DNA of 64,000 bases from NCBI RefSeq assembly GCF_018350175.1, contig NC_058368.1:61010001-61074000 (forward strand). The letters are read 5' to 3'. Source of the stretch: Felis catus (Eukaryota). The position numbers were made by a program, and so were the translations under genes. How positions within the stretch are numbered: position 1 is the stretch's first letter; each line of letters begins with the position of its first letter. Under the pieces are notes generated by a model that saw only the letters and a program-made list of their open reading frames with translations, had not been told where the DNA came from and ran no database searches. Below, in pieces: positions 1-10,003 of this stretch.

Positions 1-112
1 GTGGGAGGGAGGGGAGGGTGGGTGATGGGTATTGAGGAGGGCACCTTTTGGGATGAGCACTGGGTGTTGTATGGAAACCAATTTGACAATAAACTTCATA
101 TATTGAAAAAAA
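1..112 (+). mobile_element. 3' end of a felid L1 (L1_Fc-like), inserted into ORF2 of an opposite-strand L1
   Basis: G-rich 3'UTR 'gggtgatgggtattgaggagggcaccttttgggatgagcactgggtgttgtatggaaacc', AATAAA and an A tail ending near 112; minus-strand L1 ORF2 sequence follows immediately. Confidence 0.85.
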
Positions 113-700
113 TGTGCATGGTATGATCTCAATTCTTTTATATTTATTGGGGGCTGTTTTATGACCCAGTATGTGATCTATCTTGGAGAATGTTTCCTGT
201 GCCCTTGAGAAGAAAGTATACTCTGCTGCTTTAGGATGTAGAGTTCTAAATATATTTGTCAAGTCCATCTGGTCCAGTGTATCATTCAGGGCTGTTGTTT
301 CTTTACTGATTTTCTGTCTAGATGATCTCTCCATTGTTGTAAATAGAGTATGAAAGTCCCCTGCAATTACCACATTCTTACCAATAAGATTGTTTATGTT
401 TGTGATTAGTTTTTTTTATATATTTGGGTGCTTCTGAATTCAGTGGATAGACATTTATAATTGTTAGCTCTTCCTGATGGATAGACCCTGTAATTATTAT
501 ATAATGCCCTTCTTCATCTCTTGTTACAGCCTTTAATTTAAAGTCTAGTTTGTCTGATATAAGCATGGCTACTCCAACTTTCCTTTGATTTCTAGTAGCA
601 TGATAGATACTCCTACATCCCCTCAGTTTCAATCTAAAGGTGTTCTCAGGTCTAAAATGGGTCTCTTGTAGACAGCAAATAGGTAGGTCTTGTTGTTGTT

Positions 701-739
<39 letters not shown>

Positions 740-822
740 CCATTCTGATACCCTATGTCTTTTGGAGCATTTAGTCCATTTATAGTCACTGTTATTATTG
801 AAAGATATGGGTTTAGTGTCAT
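113..822 (-). pseudogene. L1 ORF2 N-terminal APE-like endonuclease remnant (frameshifted)
   Basis: ATG at 822 reads MTLNPYLSIITVTINGLNAP, then frameshifts. ORF 378..743 gives DLPICCLQETHFRPENTFRLK...TIINVY. Confidence 0.9.
689..738 (+). repeat. (TTG)n plus a poly-T tract of about 36 nt inside L1 ORF2
   Basis: Seen directly; it produces the poly-K/Q stretch at the start of ORF 378..743. Confidence 0.95.
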
Positions 823-888
823 TGTGTTATCTGTAGGTTTCATAGTTCTAGTGATGTCTCTGGTACTTTGTGGTCCTTGCATCATTTC

Positions 889-1767
889 ACTCAGAGTCCC
901 CCTAAGAATCTCTTGTAGGACTGGTTTAGTGGTGATGAATTCCTTCAGTTTTAGTTTGCTTGGGAAAACCTTTCTCTTTCCTCCTATTCTGAATGACAGG
1001 CTTGCTGGATAAAGAATTCTTGGCTGAATATTTTACTTGTTCATCACATTGAAGATTTTCTGCCATTCCTTTCTGGACTGCTAAGTTTCAGTAGATAGGT
1101 CTGCTACTACACTTAATGTGTCTACCTTTGTATGTTAAGGCCGTTTATCTGTAGCTGCTTTCAGAATTCTCTTTATCCTTGTATTTTGCCAGTTTTGCTA
1201 TGATATGTCATTCAGATGATCGATTCTAGTTATGTCTGAATGGATGTCTCTGTGCCTCTTGGATTTCAGTGTCTATTTCCTTTGCCAGATCGGGGAAGTT
1301 CTCAGCTATGATTTGCTCAAGTACACCTTCAGCCCCTTTCTCTCTCTCCTCTTCTTCTAGAATTCCTAAGACACAGATATTGTTCCATTTGATTGTATCA
1401 TTTCTCTAATTCTCCCCTCATGATCTTGGATTTTTCTTATCTCTTAGCTTCCTCTTTTTCCATAATTTTATCTTCTAATTCACCTATTCTCCCTTCTGCC
1501 TCTTCAGTCCATGCTGTGGCTGCCTCCATTTTATCTTGCACCTTATTTATAGCATTTTTAAATTCATCATGACTATTTTAGTTTCTTCATCTCTGCAGCA
1601 ATAGATTCTCTGCTTTCTTCTATGCTTTTTTCAAGCCCAGTGATTAATCTTATAACTATTATTCTAAATTCTTGTTCAGTTATATTGCTTATATCTGTTT
1701 TGATCAATTCTTTAGCTATCACTTCTTCCTGAAATTTCTTTTGAGGAGAATTGTTCTGTTTTGTCAT
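889..1767 (-). pseudogene. L1 ORF1p remnant (disrupted)
   Basis: N-terminus MTKQNNSPQKKFQEEVIAKELIKTDISNITEQEFRIIVIRL (ORF 1573..1767); C-terminus LKEFITTKPVLQEILRGTL near 892-950. Confidence 0.9.
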
Positions 1768-3866
1768 TTTGGCTAGTTTTCTGTACCTTATGCATTTTAA
1801 AAGCTTGTTGTGTGCTCTGCACCTGTGAGCACTGCTATATTAAAAGGGAGTCATACACAGTCAGGGCCTGGCCCTTCAGGAGGTGTTTTTTGGAGAGTGT
1901 TACTTGATCTCTGTTATTGTGACTTTGGTTACTTTATTTCCCTACTTGTAGTGATGGTTTGGACCCTCCACCAGATGTGCCTTGATTTGTTCCTTGAAGT
2001 AGCCCTGGAAAAGAAAACAGACAAAGAAACAGGAAAAAAAATATGAAAACACACAAACAAAAACAATCCAAAAGCAAAAAACCAGAAACACCAACTACAA
2101 GTAAAGAACAGGGTGGAGGCAGTGCTGATGGAAGAACACATACAAAGAGAGAAGTGACAGGGGCAGGGGGAAAAAGAAAAAAATAAAGACCAGTCAGACT
2201 AAACAGCTTAATCCAGACAGAGGAAAAGAAAAATAAAGGAGTTGGAGAAAAAGAAATGAAGATAAAGCTACCCAGAGAAACTACATGGCTTGATTATTCC
2301 AGAGAGAGAGAAAGTAAAGAAGGAGGTGTAGAACATGTATCAAGAGATTGGATTAAATATGTCTGCTTAAACAAACCAACAACCAGAGTAACCAGTCTAG
2401 AGGAGGGAAGAGATAAGGAGGAGAAAAGGAAAGAGGAATATATGTAAATAACAAAGATTGTCCTAGAATTGATCCAGGCAATGCAGCAGTGCTGGTCTGG
2501 AGGAGGGGGCCTTCTGGTTCCTCAGCATCTATCCTGCTCCAGTTGATATGCAGTTACCTGGTGTGGAGGGGCATGGTTTGGTGTAGGCAGGTCCTGCCTC
2601 CACCGTGGGCCTTATGGTCTGATCCCTGAGTCCCCACCTTGGTAGTGATGGGGAGAAAAATGGTGACCCACCAGTCTCTTCTCCACAGAAGCAGTGTCCT
2701 AAGTCACTCCATTGGAGCTGTCCTCACTGTGCCCTGGATGCAGAGGAGGAAGTCTGTCTCAGGCGACTCCTGTCCCCTGGTGCTTGGCTGGGATCCAAAC
2801 TCTGGCTCTTTGCATCCTGGCACTGGTGAATTGCCTCTCATGCCAACCTTACATAGCTGTGCCCTTGACTTAGCCTCCTAGCCAAGGGGTGGCAGACACA
2901 GGCAGGCTTTGTCCTGTCCCACAGCACTCCAGGGAAGGGGTCATTTTCTCCTACTCTGGACTGTACCCCTGACCTAGCCACCAAGCCCAAGGTGGCTCCA
3001 CTCTTCCTCAGGTGCGGGAACAGGGTAGCCAGCCCCAGTCTGGAGAAAGCCCCCACAGTTAAAGATGGGATCCCTCTCCATCCAGTCTGAGGTTTTTCTC
3101 TTGTCCAGATACACTCCCATGCTTCCGCAACCTCCTTTCTCTTCCCTTCCCTTTGTCTCTCCACAAATGGGGATCCCTCCTCTCCATGCCTATGCAGGCC
3201 CATTTTCTCTCTCCCTGTTAGCAGTCACCCACCCATGGCCTGTCAGGTTGTCCTGGTATCTCCTCAGTCTCTTTTCCTCCCAGACTCTTGGGGTTCAAAG
3301 TCCTTTGGCTTCAACCCTTCTTCATTTGAGAGATGCAGGAAGTTTGGATCCTCCTATATCTCTGCCATGTTAGCCCCTCCTTAGCCATAACTTCTTATAA
3401 TATGTTTAGAATTGGTGTTGTACACTTTATGAAATGTAGAAAGCTTAAAAATATAAGATTTTTTTAATCTTCCTTTTATTCTTTATACTGTATTGGTTTT
3501 ATTTGTAGGGATGATATAAACTCCACATTGACAATGCTTTTATTCTTTAACCTGTAATATGAATTATGAAATCAAAGGACACAAAATTTATATTTATACA
3601 GATACTTAACATTTATGATGCCCTTTACTTATGTTGACATTTCTATCTGGTATTTCCCTTCAACCTGAAGAAACTTTAATGAGCATTTATTGTCATGCAG
3701 GATTTAAGGTAGTAAATCTATTAGTTTTTCTTTATATGGAAAGATTTTATTTTGCCTTATTTCTTGAAGGATATTTCTAGTAAATCTAGAGTCCTGCATT
3801 GACAGCTGTTTTGATTCTTTCAGAACTTTAAAAACATTATTTCATTCTCTTTTGTACTCCATAGTT

Positions 3867-4913
3867 ATTTTTTGTTTTTGTTTTGTTTTGTTTTTAAATT
3901 CAAGTTAGTTAACATATAGTATAGTCTTCTTGGCTGCAGGAGTAGAATTCAATGATTCATCTCTTAGATATGACACTCAGTGTTCATTCCCAAAAGTGCC
4001 CTCATTAATGGCCATCACTCATTTAACCCATTCCCCAACCTACCTCCCCTCCAGCAACCCTCAGTTTGTTCTCTGTTTAAGAGTCTCTCATGGTTTGCCT
4101 CCCTCTCTGTTTATCTTACTTTTTCTTCCCTCCCCCTATGTTCATCTGTTGAGTTTCTCAAATTCCACATATGAGTGAAATCATATGATACTTGTCTTTC
4201 TCTGACTTATTTCACTTAACCTAAAATCCTCTAGTTCTATCCATGTTTTTGCAAATGACAAGATTTCCTTCTTTTTGATTGCTGAATAGTATTCCATTGT
4301 ATGTATATACCACATCTTCTTTATTCACTCATCAGTTGATGGACATGTGGACTCTTTACATAATTTGGCTATTGTGTTTTTATTTATTTTAATTTTTTTA
4401 ATGTTTATTTTTGAGAGTGTGAGGGGGGAGAGGCAGAGAGAAGGAGACACAGAACTCAAAGCAGGCTCCATGCTCTGTGCTGTCAGCACAGAGCCCAACA
4501 TGGTGCACAAACCCATGAGCTGCAAGATCATGACCTGAGCTGAAGTCAGTTGTTTGACTGAGGCACTCGGGCACCTCCATGATTTGGCTATTGTTGATAG
4601 TGCTGGTATAAACATTGGAGTGCATGTGCCCCATTGACTCTGCATTTTTGGATTCTTTGGATAAATCCTTTGTAGTGCAGTTGCTAGGTTGTAGGGTAGT
4701 TCTGTTTGATGGTTAACAGACACGTGAAAAGATGTTCAACATCACTCATCATCAGGGAAATACAAATGAAAACCACCTTACAACTGTCAGAGTGGCTAAA
4801 ATTAACAACTCAGGAAACAACATGTTGGTGAGGATGCAGAGAAAGGGGAGCCCTTTTGCATTGTTGGTGGGAATACAAACTGGGAAAGCCATTCTGGAGA
4901 AGAGTGTAGAGGG
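3867..4913 (-). mobile_element. 5'-truncated carnivore L1 with an inverted 5' segment (4708-4913 on +)
   Basis: T-rich tail at 3867-3895, carnivore L1 3'UTR and ORF2 end on minus to about 4707, adjacent L1 sequence on plus to 4913; TSD ACTCCATAGTT at 3856-3866 and 4914-4924. Confidence 0.9.
4376..4577 (-). mobile_element. CAN-SINE (tRNA-derived) inside the L1
   Basis: SINEC body with CT-rich tract; TSD CAT(A/G)ATTTGGCTATTGT at 4359-4375 and 4578-4594. Confidence 0.95.
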
Positions 4914-5948
4914 ACTCCATAGTTTTTGATGAGAAAGAAACTGTCCGTTAGTCCACTGTTTGCTCTGTTATTTAAACTTACTCTTGTAACTTTCAAGATT
5001 TTCTGTCTGAATTTTAGTATTTAAACAATCATGTTTGTGTGTGGTCTCCTTTGTATTCGCGGTGGGATTCATTGAGCATCTTGAAACACTAAATTTATGC
5101 CTTTCATCAAATTAAGTAACCTTTTGGCCATTTTTTTTTTCTATCACTTTCTCTTCATTCACTCTGGAACTATATATATTGCTGATAGGTAAGACTTCTT
5201 TATATGATTACGTTTCTTTGTGTATTTTGGTGCCTGAAATTCTGTGGTTTTTCCATCCTGTTTTTTTGTCTTCAGATGCAGAATTTCATTATTTTTTTGA
5301 CTTTTTTCTCTCTTATCTTTATATTGCTAATAAACCCCCAAATTCCTTGTTTAAGACATTTTTTTTGTATTTTAACCTCTCCTTTGATTCTTCCATATGT
5401 TTTCTTCTAAGATTTCCTAAATTTTCATTTACTATGGGTGTTTTTTCCTTCACCTCACTAGGTTGTAAGGTAACTGTTTTAAAATTCTCTTTTCCAAAAT
5501 CAGGGTCATATCAGGGCCACCTCCTACTTATTATATTATTTCTTGAAAATGGCCCATATTTACCTGATTCTTTAATACATTTTGTACACTGAACATTGTA
5601 AATATTAAGTTTTGAGGGCTCTGGGTTACATTTTTCTGATGATTCTGAAGAACGTTGCTATTTTTAAAAATTTCTTTATATTCTAGCTGGAAAATGTTAG
5701 CATCAGTTTGATGCTTAATTAAATCTCGTACCCTATCTGCTCTGACCAGCTCTCTGGCAGTCATGGTTGCCTATACTCATCTCTTGGTTCTTCATTTGCG
5801 AAAAGGCAGCAGGACTATCGATTAGAGATTTAGCATTCCTGTCCCATACAACTGAAGCCTCGCCTCATGTCATTGCCACAAATATGGTGCTCACCTAATG
5901 GTCCTAACTGTCCTCATAAGGTTTTACTCCTCTCAAAACTGACTTCTT

Positions 5949-6212
5949 GTGGCACTTGGGTGGCTCAGTTGGTTAACTCTCTGACTTCAGCTCAAGGCAT
6001 GACCTCATGGTTCATGGGTTCAAGCCCTGCATGGGACTCCATGCTGACAGCTCATAGCCTGGAGTCTGCTTTGGATTTTGATTTTGTGTCTCCCTCTCTC
6101 TCTTCCCCTATGCTACTTGTACTCTCTTTCCCTCTCAAAAAATAAATGAACATATATATATACACACACACACATACCTATACATAAACACACACACACA
6201 CACACAAACTAA
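5949..6212 (+). mobile_element. CAN-SINE with a (TA)n(CA)n tail
   Basis: 'gggtggctcagttggttaa' head, CT tract, AATAAA; TSD ACTGACTTCTT at 5938-5948 and 6214-6224. Confidence 0.92.
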
Positions 6213-7419
6213 CACTGACTTCTTTTGCCCATTTTCCATTGAAAAATTTATTTTTATTTTGTATTTCACAGTTTGTGGTTGATTTTTGAGATGGTTACTC
6301 TATTGAGGGCTTATACCACCATTTCAGAAGCAGAATCTAGGCATCTATTTTATAATCCTGAATTGTCAAAGTGTTTTGTTTATATTACAGTAAACTCAGA
6401 GTTTACATGGGATATAAGGATTTGAATGTATGCTGAGGCTTGTACATCTCTTAAGTGTTTTACTTCCTCTTATTGATGTGGCATGGATGCTTTATTCATT
6501 CTGCAAACCCAACAAATATATAAACAAAGGAAACCATTAAGCTAACAGTACTAGGATTTGGTTAGAGTAGTTTTAGGTAATGGATTACAAATGAATATTC
6601 TATTAAAGCAGAAATATCTTTTTTAAGCATATATATTCATAATACTAAAATTATTAAATAGAAAACTATCTGATAATATTTTTTGATAAATGAAGAAAGG
6701 GAAAGATTTTAAGAGTGAAACATTAGACTCTTAACAAATAAAGGAGAACAAAATAGGTCAAAGTTGTGATTAGTAAATCAAACACTTCATGGCTTAAAGA
6801 CAAAAACACATCTGTATGAGAATAACATCTGTATGAGAATACATCACTTTTGTGCAAGGACCAGGCATAGAAGAAAAGAAAAATATATTTGCTCTTTTCA
6901 TTTGGCCTCGTTAACTTTCACATGGTTTTGCTTCTGTATCTCTTATGTAAATATGATACAATAATAATTACTATACATTTGAATTTCTAAATTCAAACTT
7001 CTCATTTTCATGGAAATTATCAGTATCTCATGTTCTAGAATGTTTGCCAGTTAAAAAAATATTTTTAAAGTACACATTTTTATTAAAAAAAATCCATACT
7101 ACAGCTGACCCTTGACCAATGTGATGATTAGGCATACTGAACCTCCACATAATAGTTGAAAATCCATGCACTTTTGACTCCCTCAAAACTTAACAAATAG
7201 CCTACTGTTGATCAGAATCCTTATAATAACATAAGCTATTTATTATCACGTATTTTGTGTATTATATGTATTCTGTACTGCATCCTTATAAAGTAAGCTA
7301 GAGCAAAGAAAATACAGTTACAGTACCATACTGTGTTTATTGTTGCAGCAAATTTATGCCCTCTCTACAAGACAAATTGTCAACACTTCACTATTGTTTT
7401 ATAGGATACAAATCATTAT

Positions 7420-7590
7420 AGATGCTCCAGTTTGGATTGGTTGTGGAATCCAACCCTATGTCAGGCTCTGCACTGAGCTTGGAGCCCACTTACAATTCTT
7501 TCTCTCTCCCACTACCCCTCTCCCCCCACTTACACACGAGTTCTCTGTCTCTCTCTTTCTCTCTCTGTCTCACTCAAAAGAATGAAAAGA
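7420..7590 (+). mobile_element. Partial, older CAN-SINE inside Tigger2
   Basis: 'tcaggctctgcactgagcttggagccc', CT tract and A-rich tail. Confidence 0.75.
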
Positions 7591-9341
7591 TGTTAAAACT
7601 CATATTTATTTACTGATATAATCATTTATGCATTGATAACCAGCAGCAATATGGTTGCTTTTTGGTAGCCTAATATAATATGATTGATACTTGGAGTCAA
7701 TTAGCCTATACACTAATGAATGATTCATAATTTTTTGTGGCATACAGTATTAGTCATATTCATAATACAGTATTGGATAGATTTTCACATTTTTTTTAAA
7801 AAAGCACTTACCTGTGATCATTGGCTTATAGGCAGTTTCTCTATGAGAGAAAGAGCCATATTGTATGGTGATATAATTCTTCCATAGCAAAGTTATAAAA
7901 CAATAAAAAAAACACATTAGTTTCATATTAAATATCACTTACTTTATGCCAGTATGAGGATAGGCTATCTACTTCTATACAAGTTTTGTACATGATGTTC
8001 TATATGATAAATACTTAGGCAATAATCATAAAAACATCTTACAGTTCTTTCTGTACAGTTTTTAGACTTTCAAATGAAGACACACACATATACAATATAA
8101 GTTAATTAATTGTATGGCATGATGGTTTTTTACTATTAAGAGCAAGCAGATCATCATAAAGGGGTTCATCTTCGTTGTCTTCACATTGAGTAGGCTGAAG
8201 AGGAGAAAAGGGGAGAACTGATCTTGTTATCTCAGAGGGGGAGGAGGACCCAGGGGAAGCAGGTACACTTGGTGTAACTATGAAAATGACAAATTCTGCT
8301 TTTTTTTTTTTTGCTTCATTTCTCTAAAAATGTTTCTACATGCTTCCAGTCCTTCCACTGCTTGCTTTAATTTCAATACCTATATCATAGAAGGGTCTAT
8401 ATTATAAAAAAAAGTCAAAATTAGCCTTGAATAATTGGAGTCCTTATGCCAGATTGTGCGATGTTGATTTGTTTCCTGGAACTGCTTCATCTTCATCAGA
8501 AGCACTCTTCTCCGTGAAGTCATCTTCTGTTAATTTTTCTAAAATCCGTATCTAGAAACCCTTCATGCACATACCCCATCTTTTTTTTTTGGTCATATCC
8601 ATAATCCAAGTTCCTTGATTGGCTCTGGCCTAAATCCTGTGAAGTCGTGTATAGCATCTAGATATAATTTTCAGCAGCAGCAACTTGTTTCAGGCTTGAT
8701 GGCTTTCATGGATTTTTCTATAGCCATGATGGCATCTTAACAAGACTTTCACAGTTGACTCTATATTATGATTCTCTTTCATAACATTGAGGATCCTTTC
8801 CATAGAGTACTGTGTATAAAGAGCCTTGGAGACCCTTATGACCCTCTGATCTAGAGGTTGAATTGAGGACATTGTATTTGGGGCACCCTAGATCACTTCA
8901 TTGCTTTTGGTATTGAACTTCTGGGATTCTGAGTGGTCAGGGGCATTGTCCAATATCAAAAGAACTTTAAAAGGCAGTTTCTTACTGGTGAAGTACTTCC
9001 TGACTTCAGGGACAAAGCATCAATGCAATGGAATATAGAAAAAAAAAGGTGGCTGTCCAGTCTGCGTTGTACAACCAGAAGACTGGCAGCTGGTGTTACC
9101 TTTTCCCTTCAAGACTCGGGGGGTTATCAGGTTCATAGTTAAGGGCAGTCATGACCATAAACCCATTTACATTTATATGAAACAGAATTAGCTTATCCCT
9201 TTCTGCTTTAAATCTTAATGCTTGCTTCTGTTCCTTACTAATCAAGTCCATTGTGGCTTTTTTTTTTCTTTCCACAATAGGGTACTTTAATCTGCGTCAA
9301 AACCTTTCAAGGCAGACATTATTTCTCCTCAATGATTTTTT

Positions 9342-9553
9342 ACATTTTTTTTTCAATGTTTATTTATTTTTGGGACAGAGAGAGACAGAGCATGAACCGG
9401 GGAGGGGCAGAGATAGAGGGAGACACAATCAGAAACAGGCTCCAGGCTCTGAGCCATCAGCCCAGAGCCTGACGCGGGGCTCGAACTCATGGACGGCGAG
9501 ATCGTGACCTGGTTGAAGTCGGACGCTTAACCGACTGCGCCACCCAGGCGTCC
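9342..9553 (-). mobile_element. Young SINEC_Fc-type SINE (first of a triple stack)
   Basis: CpG-rich ('cttaaccgactgcgccacccaggcg'); 17-bp TSD CTCCTCAATGATTTTTT at 9325-9341 and 9554-9570. Confidence 0.96.
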
Positions 9554-9570
9554 CTCCTCAATGATTTTTT

Positions 9571-9763
9571 TTAACATTTATTTAATTTTGAGAGAGCATG
9601 TAGGTACTAGTGGGGGGAGGGGCAGAGAGTGATGAAGAAGGAGAATCTGAAGCAGGCTCTATGCCATCAGCAAAACTGTAATGTGGGGCCTGAATTCATG
9701 AACCTTGAGATCATTCCCTGTGCTGAAGTCAGATGCTTAACCAGCTGAGCCACCAAGGCTTCC
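9571..9763 (-). mobile_element. CAN-SINE (second of the triple stack)
   Basis: CpG-decayed SINEC body, followed by CCTCAATCATTTTTT at 9764-9778. Confidence 0.93.
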
Positions 9764-9778
9764 CCTCAATCATTTTTT

Positions 9779-10003
9779 AAAAAATGTTCATTTATTTTGA
9801 GAGAGAGCCCTTCTGCATATACAGGGGAGGGGCAGAGAGGGAGGGAGGGGGGGTAGAGAGAGAGAGAGAAAGAGAAAGAATCCAAAGCAGCCTCCATGCT
9901 CACGTGGAGCCTGATGCAGGGCTCTATCCCATGACCCTAGGATCATGACCTGAGTTGAAATCAAGGGTTGGCTGTTCAACTGACTGAGCCACACAGGAGT
10001 CCC
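9779..10003 (-). mobile_element. CAN-SINE (third of the triple stack, older type)
   Basis: SINEC body followed by the diverged target copy TCTTCTCTATTATTTT at 10004-10019, after which Tigger2 sequence resumes. Confidence 0.93.

Larger units (their letters stand above)
113..3381 (-). mobile_element. Carnivore/felid L1, 5' portion (5'UTR, ORF1, ORF2 endonuclease domain), decayed
   Basis: ORF2 EN motifs (CCLQETHF, GVAMLISDKLDFK, RDEEGHYIII), ORF1 N- and C-terminal peptides, and a GC-richer 5'UTR ending in 'aggaggggctaacatggcagag' on the minus strand. Confidence 0.95.
3382..5900 (-). mobile_element. Ancient L1M-type fragment (ORF1 region), interrupted by a younger L1 at 3867-4913
   Basis: T-rich degenerate antisense ORF1 sequence that resumes across a duplicated ACTCCATAGTT site. 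Boundaries are approximate. Confidence 0.6.

Noticed and set aside
1..130. Strand switch between L1 sequences considered as a 5' inversion
   Set aside because: The poly(A) tail lies at the junction, which indicates a separate nested insertion and not twin priming.
2639..3373. 80-121 aa ORFs on both strands in GC-richer DNA
   Set aside because: They lie within the L1 5'UTR. There is no evidence for an ORF0-like product and the element is decayed.
5179..5592. 137-aa F/L-rich ORF resembling a membrane protein
   Set aside because: It is the T-rich antisense strand of an old L1, a compositional artefact.
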